Assembly: GCF_006345805.1 (NCBI RefSeq) | Contig: NW_021831847.1 | Coordinates: 186,001-250,000 of the forward strand | DNA length: 64,000 bases | Direction: 5' to 3' | From: Octopus sinensis | Lineage: Eukaryota | Shown: positions 13,050-25,099 of the stretch, piece by piece | Layout of the letters: each line of letters begins with the position of its first letter | How positions within the stretch are numbered: position 1 is the first letter of the stretch | Made by a program: the position numbers and the translations under genes | The notes under the pieces: generated by a model | Database searches by the model: none | What the model was told of the DNA's origin: nothing | Seen by the model: only the letters and a program-made list of their open reading frames with translations

Positions 13050-13990
13050 AGCGGTGATTTCCTTTTAAAGTCAAAGTTTACGTATCTGCGGGATAATTTA
13101 GTTATTTTAATTAAAATCGGAAAAAAATTCTTTCACTACAACCAAAAGTATCTTTGTTTTCGTTTGAGAGTATTATTCCAATTATACAACTATTCATTAA
13201 ATATTTCCACGTTCACTCAAGCCTTTGAAGAATTGTGGTTTTGTAAATACTCCTCAACGTTCAAGTTTTTGAAACACCTTGGTTTCTTAAACTTTCCGAT
13301 CATCAATGGGGTTCTTTTATCAGATCCAGTCATATTTGCGCAAAACATTAATGAAAATCTGAAAATTGGCTAAAAAATGGCTATCTTTAAGTAATTTTAA
13401 TAATTTTTGTCCTGGTCTGTGTTTCTTGTAGACACTTTTTGATGGAATTGTCTTGTAAAATACGCCTGTTTTGTTGGCATTATAAACATTTTCGGAACCA
13501 TATTCATTTATTGTTGAAAAGATAATTTTTTTTAAGTCTTCGATTTTGTCTTTGAACTCATCCGCAGAATATTCCAATTCACCATAAAAAATTCTTAGTT
13601 TTATATTCAAACCATCCTTTACTGGATTTAAATTCGGGGAGATTGTTTAACGCAGCAAATTCAGCTGCTTTAGATCAAATTATCTCATCATTGAGGCAAA
13701 CTCCAATAGATTCCATGAAATCTATCCAGGTAATGATTTTAGAATCAATTGATGAATATCTGAGTTTCAAAAAACGAGAACTTCTCCCATAAATTGGATT
13801 AATTCCAAGAATCTTCTGTTTGTCCAAGAATCGTTAATTGCACGTCTCGAAATTGATTTTTTGAAAAGCAACGAAAAAATTTCTGAAACACGACTTAAAC
13901 TCAGAGAAGAGTTATCAATAAGATAATTTATAATTTTTCTTTTTTGATCATAAGATAATCTAGAACACTTCCTCATGTTACACAAAAAGA
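13050..13990 (-). mobile_element. pogo/Tigger-type transposase remnant
   Basis: ORF 13767-13985 resembles an N-terminal HTH (RLSYDQKRKII). ORF 13320-13610 has YGSENVYNANKTGVFYKTIP, a variant of the IFNADETGLFY DDE_1 motif. Confidence 0.7.
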
Positions 13991-14624
13991 TACGCGGTTT
14001 TTTTAATAATAAATTTTAATTTTTTAATACTAAAACGTGGCGAGTAAGAGAATTTGGCGAGCAATGGGATTTCCTTAGTAAAAATGGCATTTTATCCAAA
14101 AAAGTGGAAAGAAATAGAAGGTAAACTGTAGTTTGCTTTTGGCAATAATTAAAGATATCTAAAATAAATGCTTCAATTATCAATACCTCATATGAAGCTA
14201 GTAGACATGGTTTATCTATTGGTCTAAATCCGAAATTCCTAAGTTTTAAGATTTATCATGTTTAGTTCTCTTTGCAATAAAACTGTCGACAGTGTCAACA
14301 TTTTGTGAGTGAGTTTTTTCCTTATGTCAAATCCATTATATTGGGTAAATTCACATTGGACGTGAGGATCATTGCTAGAAAAATTAACTAATTATTTTTT
14401 TTAATTTAAAAAAGATATAAACACAGACATAGATCATTTTAAACTTCGGCGCATAAGATGACTTGGAAGTTACTTCGAATGATTGGTTTTAGTTTCACAA
14501 TAATGTAATCTTTTTTACATTTTAACATTTAATACTTCTTGGATTTATCTACAAAACTCTATTTCTTGCCTATTTTTATATTTATTAAAATTTTACTATA
14601 TGAAAATTCAATAATTTCATTAAT

Positions 14625-14835
14625 CTTGAAATATTCTGCCCTCTCGGAGAAGTTTTCCGTGGTGCCGATCGCGGCGGAGACGTCGGGTGCTCTCGGTCCA
14701 AAAACTGAAAAGTTCCTTCGCAAGCTCGGAGCCAAAATCTCAATGCGCACCCATGATCCTCGGAGGCCGACTGGCTAATGCAACGGTTCTCGATTGCCAT
14801 TATCCGGGGAAACAGTTTGACAATCCGCCAGGCTA
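14625..14835 (+). mobile_element. CRE-like RLE retrotransposon 3' fragment
   Basis: A GC-rich island nearly identical to the reverse complement of ~24375-24580. It encodes VVPIAAETSGALGP..QRLSIAIIRGN. Confidence 0.85.
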
Positions 14836-16232
14836 CAAAGAATCACAATATTCTCGAGTTATTTCACTAAATTTTTCAGAAATTAAGTTTTTTAATTGCG
14901 TTTTCAGCTTAAGCTCTTATAACTAAATTTTTTCAAACATAGGAAATATTTTCGTTTTTCACTTTACATGATTCAATTTCAGACACAACAGAGTAGAAAT
15001 ATTTTTGCAGATATTCCTTCTAAGCTTTTCTCAATGATTCTTGGCGATCGTTTCGCTTAACCATAGACTTATTCAGATTTGAAAAGTGTTAAAAAAATCA
15101 AGAAATTAAAAAAACTTCGAAATAAAATTCTAATAACTGTAAACGAAAACAGAGAGAAAAGAGAGTTAACAAGAGGACTTCCCCGAATTCTAATTAATTG
15201 AAATATTTTTCTGATTTTGATTGCAAAAATATGATTTTAATTAAACGATGTGAATTTATCGAGAAGAATTCGAGATAAAAAACCATAACTTGTGCTTTTT
15301 TAATAAATAAAAATAATTTATTGTTTTGATAACTTTAATTCAAGTTGTTGTGGTGCTGTTCATGTCCGTTTTTCTCGATAAGAAGAAAATGAATCCCACG
15401 GGCCCTCCTGCAAAATTAAATTATAAAAAGATATAGGAACGATGTCTCTGGGGCTGGATAAAGTTACAAGAGCTAGTATAAACAATAATCTTACGGTTGG
15501 AAGTCGCGCTGCAAATACTAATTTTTACATTCTTTTTGTCATTATTGAGGATGTCACAATTTATAAATTTTGAGTTGAAGTTTGTAGAAAATGTAATGTT
15601 GCACCTCTTTTGAGGATATTTGTTTTGTAGAAACATTAAACTACACATCGTCGTCAAATTCCCTCTCCCTCGCCTTATTAAAAAGTAGAAAAAGTCACTT
15701 TTACTAAACATTATGCAAGTCTGACTAGTTTACCATTTTTAGAGATCTCTCAATCACTTGCAGAGACCAATTCAAGGATTTCAAGCTGTTACTGACGACT
15801 TGGAAATGTGCTACAATTCTTTATTGAAAAATTAAGCATTGATTACTGTTTTATTAAAAAGCTCCCAAAAATATGAGACAGGATCGGATACTCTACTTCA
15901 ATCGCTCTTCTGAATTCTCGATCTCGATGTGAATATTTCGATTTTTGGATTACAAATGGCAGTCATAAATCTTTTTGTATACCTGCTTCGTTTTTCCAGT
16001 AGGGTTGACACGACTCGCTCAATCAGTCTTCCTCACTGCCGTGATACCGAACTATTCCCGGAAATATCAATTTCCACTGAGACTCCTTTTGTTGGTTCTT
16101 ACCCAAGTGAAATATTAAAGAATATGGATTGCAGAACCGAGGTTCATATTAATATTTTATTTTTAGGAGTAAAAGCTTTATGTATGTTAATTAGAAAGTT
16201 TAATTAGAATAAATTGAAGTAAAAACAAAATG

Positions 16233-16304
16233 TCCCCGTTCGTCTAGGGGTTAAGATACCGGCCTTTCATGCCGGTGACCCGGGTTCGAATCCCGGACGG
16301 GGAA
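16233..16304 (+). tRNA. trnE-TTC: tRNA-Glu (anticodon TTC), copy 1
   Basis: 72-nt cloverleaf: acceptor TCCCCGT/ACGGGGA, anticodon stem CCGGC/GCCGG with loop CT-TTC-AT, T-loop GGTTCGAATCC. An oligo-T terminator follows. Confidence 0.95.
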
Positions 16305-16344
16305 TTTTTTTTATAAATTTTAAATTGCGGTAGCTTTTTTCTTT

Positions 16345-17420
16345 CTGCTGATTATATGGTTCTCAAATGATCCAGATTGATCCATAACTAATCCAAGATA
16401 TTTTAGATTTTTCTCGTAATTTATTACTCCAGTGTCAATGGGATCACGTTCCCTCTGTAATTACCAATCCAGGCAACAGTATTTTTTCAAAAGATAAAGA
16501 CAAGCCTTCATCTTTACACCATCTTCCAATCTTTTCAATATGATTAAGAGTTCTTTCCATGATATTGATTTGCTCATGGAAAGATCCATAAGTAAAATAT
16601 CATCTGCATAAATGATCATTTCCATGTTAGGATAATCCACTTAAGCACATCACACAATTAAATAAAAGGTCTGATGACAGATCCCTGTGGAACTCCTCTC
16701 ATAAGCAAAATTTTCTTCCACAATTGGTTTCCTACGCGTATGAACGATTCTCTTCCTGAGAGGGAACTCTTTATCCAAACTAACGCCGTCTTTCTGATAT
16801 TTTAATTGTATAAAGTTTGCAATAACACGACATGCCAGACACTGTCAAACGCTTTTGATATGTATAGACATGCGGCAGTAAGATATAACACAGTCCCCTA
16901 CTAATAAGGACATACTACTAACTGGGGACATTCCACTAATGGACATCCCCTCTTTTACCAAGGACACAGCACTGAGTGACACAGCAAAACTGGTGGCCAT
17001 ATAGGGGTATGGTAGGGGGATGAAGAATGGTTGTGGCTGTTGAAGAGTGGGAGAGTGTGTTGGGTGAGTACGAGCGGGCACTTATTGGGGAGGAGGGAAT
17101 CCCGTATGAGAGGTACGGTCATTACCACAAAGTAGTGTTTGTATTGGAGGTGGAGGGGGCGTGTTGTGAGAATGTGATTGGCTTAATTCCTCTCCCTCTC
17201 GGAGTGTGTGGGCCTCTTCTCCTCGAGAATATATGGTCCTTTTGGCTACCACCGAGGGATTTCCGGTGGCCAGTGTGAATAGAGGTGTCGGGCACTCTAC
17301 TTGGCCGGTGGGGGTGACTGCTGTCCGGAAGAATTATAGTTAGAAGAATACCATTTTGCCATTTTCCATCGCCCTTCTCATGTGCAGTAGTTTCCAAAAT
17401 CAATGGATTGATAATTTGTG
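16345..17420 (-). mobile_element. Degenerate LINE related to the 2876-3868 element
   Basis: ISKAFDSVWH, ALVWIKSSLSGRESFIRVGN, RGVPQG and ENLKYLG at 16380-16860. The upstream GC-richer segment is probably element 5' sequence with deletions. Confidence 0.75.
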
Positions 17421-17554
17421 AAAATTATAAAAAATCTAGATTAAAAGATAAAATCAGGTTCCGAAGTAAACTTAAGAATTTGCATCAGATAACCCTTAGG
17501 GCCTAGATAACCCACTAAAAACTAAACTTTTCTTTAACATTTTTAAAGAGAACA

Positions 17555-18794
17555 TTAATTTCCAAATGTAATTGCAGCGGCTCCAAAGCACATCAACTAT
17601 AAGTATCAGAACGAATTCCCACCTGCAAATACTCATCGCCCCCCTCCACCAAAGCACAGTCCATACTCTAACAATAACCACCCACCACAACCGCCAGCTG
17701 CTCCAACATAAAAATCTTTTTAGCATTGCTCGCCCGACAGTCCGCACTCATCAAAATCTCATAGACCTGCACTATCATCTGGTTGGCAGAATATCCATCT
17801 CTCATCAACTCCTATTCAAGTAAGGATCCAATCCGAAACACCGTCACTACTCCTCTCAGCTTGGAGTATGGACCAGTCAGTGCTGCACACAAATATCGCC
17901 CAACCAAATCATCAGGAATCCACTAAAGTGAGAAACAATCCACAAACACTGCAAATATCCAAAATGGCTTCATATGTGATGTTACTAGACAGATGTCTCC
18001 CAGTCTGCAAATAATTTATGGCCTTCCGCAGATCCCCAGCAGATATTTCAACTAACTTTTCCAAAGCCTGTCTAATTATGAATACCCAGACCTCAGGATC
18101 CACCAAAACGTGTTCCTCAGAAGCAATCTGAGACAGCCTGGCCACCATAAGTGGACGAGGCAGTGGCTTGAAACGAAATTTAGCACAACGGGACTTGATT
18201 GGCTCAATGATACAACTTATGTAGTTGCAGATCAGACAGAACTTGGTGGTCTTGAAATGCATTTCCATTATTCTCCGCAAAGCAGCCTGGGCAGAGTAAG
18301 TCATCGCGTCTGCCTCGTCCAACACGATCAGTTTAAAGTGGGGGACCCTTTTACTTTTTTTTATTCAAGAAAACCCCAATTTGTTCTGATTTACTGCCAA
18401 GTTGGCGAATTTTTTGATTTTATTTCGAACAACTGCAATTCCCCGCTCGTCTGAGGCATTCAAGTCGAGGATCCTCTCGTGGTATAGACTTCCTATTCCC
18501 CTCTCATGTCTACCGTGGGTCATATTAGAGTACCCAAATAGCTCCGATGCGGCTGCAAGTATAGTTGAGGTTTTCCCAGTGCCTGGGGGACCGTATAGGA
18601 GTAAATTTGGAAGCTTCAATTTATTTAAAGGCCAACGTTGTTGTTTATGAGTGAGTTTTTTAAGACTGTCTTTACATCGTTTTGGAAGACAACGTCGTCA
18701 ATGGTTCGAGGCCGACTAAATTGGGGATAAATTATGAGTACTATTTTTCTACCCAAGGAAGATTGTGTTTGGAGTCGTCCTTCAACGTCATCAT
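17555..18794 (-). CDS. RFC4: Replication factor C subunit 4, multiple mini-introns
   Basis: Spliced product reads [101 protein letters not shown]. Examples of introns are 18716-18741 (26 nt) and others of 23-26 nt. Confidence 0.92.
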
Positions 18795-20318
18795 TTTTGA
18801 AATAACGGCATTCCAGAATTTTATTTATTAATTACAAAAAATCTCTGATATATTATATAAAAATTTAACTTAATAAGATTATGTGCATGAAGTATACCAA
18901 AAGTGAAAGTTAATTATATGACGATAATTGAATGTGTGTTTTAACTAAAGCAAAAAAATACGCACTTAGCAAGTGCACTTTCGATTACTAGCACTCGACA
19001 CTATTCAGAAGTCATACTTTAAAAATCGCAGATTACTCCATTCAAGTAATAAAATAGCTTCACTGACATATAATACTAATAAATCATACACAAGTCATTA
19101 AGTCTAAGTTTAAAAGTGACATCTCTCATCTGCCTTTTTGTATTGTTTTAATTTTGATTAAAATAGTCGAGTCGATTTTTAAAATATCCCAAAATCTAAA
19201 TCTAGAATGAATCTATGCAGTATCAACAGAATGTGCTCAATACAACGACTGTGGTCAATAAAGTCGTCCTCGTTTTTACAGTTTAGAATCCTATGAACTA
19301 AAACTTTTTTTTCACTCGGAGGTCTAGACGACCAAGTTCATGTAACTCAAGACCAACAAGCTTACAAAAAAGGTTTGACTCACAATCCTTTTGGTCTGAA
19401 ACTATTTTGATGAGAATTTTAAACTTTTTATGCAAAGATTTATGCAAAATGGAACGAGTTAAAAGAAACAACAATCAATTTGGATACAAAATTAGAGCTT
19501 AATTTAAAAAGCAGATCTTTTTTAAATATAATAAGCGATATTTATGACAATCAGGCAAATCTTAGTTGCTTTCAAACACAATCGTTCTGTCCTGATACGA
19601 ATTTAGTATTTGACGTTTGATATCTCATTTCCTCTGGACAAAATATAAATATTAATGACTAGCTCGGCAGCTCGCTTCGCTCACCGCGACCTAGCTCCTG
19701 CGGAGGGCCTGTTTCATCAAACAACTATAAGTTTATGTAGATGTATAAAACTACCTGGTTTAATGTAACCCTATTCTATCGCCTGTTGATAAACGATGTT
19801 TGTCGTCCGTCCTTCCTTGGCATATATGAATAAATTTTCTCTTCTGCCTACCCTCGAGCATCCCACATACAGCTGTCCATGTGAAAAGCACTCACTCTCT
19901 AAAAATAACCCAACTACCTTTAATGACTGTCCCTGGGCCTTGTTTATTGTCATTGCAAACTTTTTTTTCATTTTTGTGGTTTATTTTTTTTATATTTAAT
20001 TTTTTTTTTTCATTTTCTTTGTAATTCCTTTTTTTTCTTTTTTTATTTTTTACTGGCGGAAATGGGGCAGGGGGAGATACGGCAGGCGGAAATGCGGCAG
20101 GCAAGAAAGCGACACACAAAAAAGATTTAATTAATTACCTTATTAAGCTGACCGTTTTTTCTTCAGCTTCGTTTTTCCTCCTTCGGTTATCTATTTAAAA
20201 TTATTTTTGAATAATAAAAAATATTAGGAAAAAAGAGGCATACAGAAAATAAATTCTATCTTTACGAAAAACTCAAGTAAATAGTTAATATTTTTACGCA
20301 AATTCTTCTGATTGCGCT

Positions 20319-20512
20319 GTCAATTGGTGGTAAATTGTGTTAATGGTTGTGCTAATGTGGTTTCAACTATCAAAGTGTTTTTCAAAATCTGTTAATTGCA
20401 CACTCTATTCAAGGTCGTGCGTCAATTGGTGGTAAATTGTGTTAATGATTGTGCTAATCTGGTTTCAACTATCAAAGTGGTTTTTCAAAATCTGTTAATT
20501 GCACACTCTATG
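20319..20512. repeat. 102-bp direct duplication inside the Helitron
   Basis: GTCAATTGGTGGTAAATTGTG..GCACACTCTA starts at 20319 and again at 20421. Confidence 0.9.
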
Positions 20513-20639
20513 ATAATAGCTTTAATTTTGATTCATGGTCGATAATGATATATGCATTTAATTTTAAAGAGAAAAACATAGGATGAATTGAATTTCTTTA
20601 TCGCGAATAATTGGGAGTTCATCATTGTTAATATTCTCG

Positions 20640-21102
20640 CTGTCGTTTTCATCAAGGATATTCTTAATACGTGAGATTTTTGCCTGGAAAGTTTTAATGG
20701 ACCTCATCATGAATGTCGAGGACATTCGCGTTGTTCATTTTAATCAAAATGCAGAAAATAATTTTTTGATTTTTTGGCGGGAGGTTTTAAGGACCTCATC
20801 ATGTAAGTCGAGGACATCGTAGTTGTTCATTTTAACCAAAATGCAGAAAATTTTTTTTAATTTTTTTGGGGGGAAGGTTTTAAGGACCTCATCATGTAAG
20901 TCGAGGACATCGTAGTTGTTCATTTTAACCAAAATGCAGAAAATTTTTTTTTAATTTTTTTGGGGGGGAAGGTTTTAAGGACCTCATCATGTAAGTCGAG
21001 GACATCGTAGTTGTTCATTTTAACCAAAATGCAGAAAATTTTTTTTTAATTTTTTGGGGGGAAGGTTTTAAGGACCTCATCATGTAAGTCGAGGACATCG
21101 TA
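20640..21102. repeat. ~93-bp tandem repeat, about 5 copies, inside the Helitron
   Basis: GGACCTCATCATG recurs at 20699, 20791, 20884, 20979 and 21072. Confidence 0.92.
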
Positions 21103-21123
21103 TTGCCAATTTGAAGTTGGTGT

Positions 21124-21212
21124 GCACACACAGACAGACAGACAGACAGACAGACACACAGACAGACACACAGACAGACAGACAGACAGACAGACACACA
21201 GACAGACACACA
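21124..21212. repeat. Compound (CAGA/CACA)n microsatellite near the Helitron 5' end
   Basis: Directly visible in the sequence. Confidence 0.95.
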
Positions 21213-21678
21213 CCATACCATTTTATTATTAAGATTATGAATATGAATTCGAAACGATAAGATGAAAGTCATACAATTTAAAGACATTTATGTCAGGTTT
21301 ATATTTATTTATTCTACAATCTCCTCCTCTTGAACCCACTACTGAGTTTTTCCACTACATACTCAACATCACCATCGTCAAAGTGTTTTACAATCGAACA
21401 TTTTGGCAGTGTGGACGGTGGCACTTTTGAAACTTTTGATGGCACATGTTTGAAATTTTGATAAGGTTAACTTTCCTATAGTTTAACACGCTACACGTTG
21501 CATTATTAAATATCAGTTCTTAAGCATACTGTTAGTAAAAATCAAAGAAAGGTAAATAAATTGGCAGAGCATTTCAAAATTCATGGATTAAAGAATATGG
21601 ATTACAGAACCGAGGTAATTATTAATATTTTAGGAGTAAAAGCTTTATGTACGTTTAATTAGAGGTTAAAATAAAATG

Positions 21679-21750
21679 TCCCCGTTCGTCTAGGGGTTAA
21701 GATACCGGCCTTTCATGCCGGTGACCCGGGTTCGAATCCCGGACGGGGAA
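21679..21750 (+). tRNA. trnE-TTC: tRNA-Glu (anticodon TTC), copy 2
   Basis: Identical to 16233-16304 and followed by a T5 run. Confidence 0.95.
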
Positions 21751-22429
21751 TTTTTCAAATTTTATATTAAATTGGTACATATAGGTTTTTCTGGAAGATG
21801 GATGACTAAAATTTCATCATCTCGTGCATACGAAAGAGATAAAAATTGTAGCTGAAGAAACTCATATCAAAATTGTTTTCTCATTAAATTTATAAAATAC
21901 AAAAAATTGCACTAACTAATGAATTTCGATTGACCAAAGTCAAACTTATATGAGTCCAAACATATATGAGTCTAAAGGTTTTAGCTAATCGGGTTTGACG
22001 AGTAACGCCTTCATGGACATTTTATCGCATACGGACTTTGGATGATAAATAATAATTAACTCTCTTGTTCTCTTTCCTCTCTTAATAAATTGTGTGGCTA
22101 GCACGAGCGAACTCAGTAGGACATTATCTTTTATTGCTAAATCTTTATCATTCCGCTTTTTTTCATTTTTATTGATTCAGACAATCGTCCTCGTTTTCGG
22201 AATAATCGGATCCAATTATTTCCATTCCTTCGTTTAATCTCCTTCGAATAGTGATAACGCTGATCTTGTTTCCTGGGGATTAGATTATTTCCTCGTATGT
22301 TTAATCTAAAATAATTATCTAACAATCACCTTGATCTTCGAACCACCGGGTCTTGACCGATAACCCTTTTCCCTTTTGAGGGCGGAAAAAAGTCAACATG
22401 ATGAGAAAAACGAGTCGACACAGGTTATA

Positions 22430-22535
22430 TCCCATACGAGGGCAAGTCCCACGTCTTAACGAGAATGCCCATTGCTGTTGGGAACGTCTTTAGACGCCTG
22501 GCTGCCAATTCGGTTTGCAACTTATCTTTGAAATA
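22430..22535 (+). mobile_element. CRE-like RT fragment
   Basis: RMPIAVGNVFRRLAANSVC resembles the RPIAVGE.LRRL.AK motif of CRE RTs. Confidence 0.5.
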
Positions 22536-23164
22536 TCAAAAATATTACGTGTGATATCGTCATTTATAAAACTCAAATTATTTAAAAAATGCTGTTTGTA
22601 TCTGATAATTGTGTTCTAAGGATAAGGAGAAGACCAGTACAGCGGAAAAGGTGATCGGTAAGTAGTCTTCAACACACCAAAGATTACAGAAATAAGAGAT
22701 AATCATTCATTGTGTGATCGTAGTTGTTTAATGAGTAATGATCCGAGCGGAAACGAGCAAAGTTGATCTGAACGGAACCCACCAGAAGCATTTCAGAGGG
22801 GTGAGTTTGTTGAGAACGGAGTTAATCGTCAGTCTTATAATTGGCGACGTTTAAATAAAATCGTGAACTTTTTTAATTAAGTGTTACTATTATTCTCTTT
22901 GAACTTAAAAAATATTGTCAATATCTCTGAAATACTAAGAACTTAATCCAGTCATTCAATACGAATTACGTGTTTTCAACATTACTTAAATAATCCAATT
23001 AGAAATAATTCAAAGGTTTTAATGCTTTTGTCGTGCATTGAAACAACATACTGCATGTTATTACACAACCACAATAATATATATTACAAAAATAAGAATC
23101 CCCTCTATAGGCACAGTCTACACGAACATAGATTACTTATTATTCCCAAACAAAAAATAAAAAC

Positions 23165-23325
23165 AGTTTGGGCAATTGCCGTCGAGACTTCCTGAGTTTT
23201 TGGGGCCAAGCCGCTTACTCATTTAAAGAAACTTATCCGCCTGCGCATCCATCGCTCCAGAAAATTTATATTCCTTATTTAGAGGATCTCGCTGGCTGTT
23301 TTACGTGGGAATTATCTCTAGCCGG
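23165..23325 (+). mobile_element. Degenerate CRE-like 3' fragment
   Basis: AIAVETS*VFGAK..RISLAVLRGN, the same C-terminal motifs as the other CRE pieces. Confidence 0.6.
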
Positions 23326-23401
23326 TACTTAATAGCTAAATTTTTTAATTGTTTTCGTTCTCTTAACAGTTAATAAAAACAAATAAATATATGAAAAAAA
23401 G

Positions 23402-23613
23402 TTAATAGAGCCTCTTTGTTTCTCTCTCGCACTCCATGAGAGCAATCACGTCTCCTACACGTACAGGGCCCTTGACATTTCTGATTATACTACGATGGGC
23501 AGTATTCATCAGGGTGACTCGCACTTGAGTGCACTGACCCTGCGAGCCTACTCTTCCCAGTATTTTGGTCACCTTCAATATTACTTAGTCATCACCTGTC
23601 CTAATGCGCAGGG
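23402..23613 (-). CDS. RPS28: 40S ribosomal protein S28 (start codon not resolved; gene or pseudogene)
   Basis: PCALGQ, then a 23-nt intron (23573-23595), then [56 protein letters not shown]. No in-frame ATG lies immediately upstream. Confidence 0.88.
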
Positions 23614-23699
23614 CTTTTATCAAAAGAAAAGAATCAAGTAAGACAACTACATTTGAATGAGAAGTGTGATTACAGTGTCGGCAGACTGATGTGCAATGT

Positions 23700-23945
23700 G
23701 GACATGGAGAGGGAACAAAAGGAATCTCGTTTCCTTTTCCGTAGGCCATCCAACTCAAATCTTGTCTCCTCTGTCTCTATGAGAGTACGGTATCCTCCGA
23801 TTTTCGTATCCAGCCTGACTTTGGCGGCGAAAAAGTCGTGATGTTCATCGAGAGTGACAGTGAGATGCGAGAGGAGTTGTTTAGTCCTCTCGATATGTGT
23901 GGTGTGTGCGACAGTGGCCTCGTCCAAGACGCTGACGATCTACAC
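23700..23945 (-). pseudogene. Lamin-like intermediate filament fragment (end of coil 2 plus basic NLS)
   Basis: LDEHHDFFAAKVRLDTKIGGYRTLIETEETRF..LRKRKR matches the IF rod-end consensus (L..K..LD.EI..YR.LLEGEE.R) followed by a basic patch. No tail domain follows. Confidence 0.7.
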
Positions 23946-23959
23946 TTTTTTGGTATCAA

Positions 23960-24110
23960 ATATCCGAACTGAGATTTAAACGTCATTACTGTGGTTTCTA
24001 ATATCCGAACTGAGATGTCAAAGGTCATTACTGTGGTTTCTAATATCCGAACTAAGATGTCAAAGGTCATTACTGTGGTTTCTAATACCCGAACTGAGAT
24101 GTCAAAGGTC
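23960..24110. repeat. 42-bp tandem repeat, about 3.6 copies
   Basis: ATATCCGAACTGAGATGTCAAAGGTCATTACTGTGGTTTCTA units start at 23960, 24001, 24043 and 24085. Confidence 0.92.
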
Positions 24111-24357
24111 AAAATTACGTATCTAAAATATAAATGGATTTTTGTTCGTTCGAATGAATACTTTTGCTAAAACTATGAATATTTCTCGTGTTAGTAAAAC
24201 ATATAATAAAACAAATTTGGAAGCCAAAATGAGAATTATATCTGCTTATAATTCTAACCTTATAATTTTTGATATAATTTATTAATTTTTTAAATTAACA
24301 ATCCAGAAGAAAACGTTATTTAGCTAAATAAGATAATCAATGAAAAGATAGAATTAT

Positions 24358-25075
24358 GTTTATGGTGGATATGTAGCCTGGCGGATTGCCAAACTGTTTC
24401 CCCGGATAATGGCAATCGAGAGCCGTTGCATTAGCCAGTTCTCCTCCCGAGGATCATGGGTGCGCATTGAGATTTTGGCTCCGAGCTTGCGAAGGAACTT
24501 TTCAGTTTTTGGACCGAGAGCACCCGACGTCTCAGCCGCGATCGGCACCACGGAAAACTTCTCCGAGAGGGCAGAATTTAAAAGCTTTAAATCTTCAGCC
24601 TTCTTAGCTGCAGATTTGGCCTCCAGGGCACACGAAGTTAAGTGAGAAGCAGAAAAGGTGTCGCAGCAGGTTGCGTCCCAAACGAGGCTTTTTCCGCCTT
24701 CGAAGGGGAAAAGGGTCATCCCGTCAGGACGTTTCCCGTCGCCGCGGTCGAGGCCCGGTGGCTCGAGGACCGAAGAAATCCCGCCGAGTCGAGGGCCCTC
24801 CGTATGATGTCGTTCATTGCAGAGTGCCTCGGAAAACGTCCGGCACTCCTCTTGCACGATAAAGGGTGCAGACCGAAAGGGTCAACAGTGCAGCCACAGC
24901 GGCACGTGTGCGGGACACATTGCCTTAGTCCGAGTCGCAGAGAGACTCCGATCCTTACCGCTTCATCGTCAAGGAGAGTGCCAGATGGGGCGTTCGGGAA
25001 TGCACAAAGCCAAGCTCCGCTAGCCGGGGATGCTGCCGACAGAAGGCAAGCGCGGCGGTGCTGGTTGGACGATTA
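24358..25075 (-). mobile_element. 5'-truncated CRE-like non-LTR retrotransposon (RLE endonuclease region)
   Basis: GC-rich. ORF 24360-24857 has LEPPGLDRGDGKRPDGMTLFPFEGGKSLVWDATCCDT (PD-(D/E)xK RLE). A Cys/His finger region lies upstream in a shifted frame. Confidence 0.88.
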
Positions 25076-25099
25076 ATAATACATTTTGTAACAAAAATT

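Larger units (their letters stand above)
19659..21234 (-). mobile_element. Complete non-autonomous Helitron (1576 bp)
   Basis: On the minus strand the 5' end is A|TCTTAATAATAAAA followed by a TCTG/TGTG microsatellite. The 3' end has a GC-rich hairpin-like GAGCGAAGCGAGC then CTAG|T, so it sits in an AT target. It carries PIF1 helicase pieces (TINKAQGQSL..FSHGQLYVGCSRV, 19780-19960). Confidence 0.9.

Noticed and set aside
15421-15830. Merlin/ISXO2-like transposase in ORF 15421-15711
   Set aside because: Only vague similarity, with no catalytic motifs or TIRs.
16304-16345. tRNA-targeted insertion of the adjacent LINE
   Set aside because: The LINE end next to the tRNA is truncated, the second tRNA copy has no such insertion, and the related 3-kb LINE is not near a tRNA.
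9268-18794. Non-standard genetic code or programmed frameshifting to explain broken ORFs in conserved genes
   Set aside because: Every break in AMD1 and RFC4 that I traced is resolved by a 23-29-nt GT(GC)..AG intron under the standard code.
24358-25075. GC-rich islands (also 36838-38200) as bacterial contamination or HGT, and their long plus-strand ORFs as genes
   Set aside because: The minus strand encodes CRE-type RLE retroelement motifs. The plus-strand ORFs are antisense shadows of GC-rich sequence.
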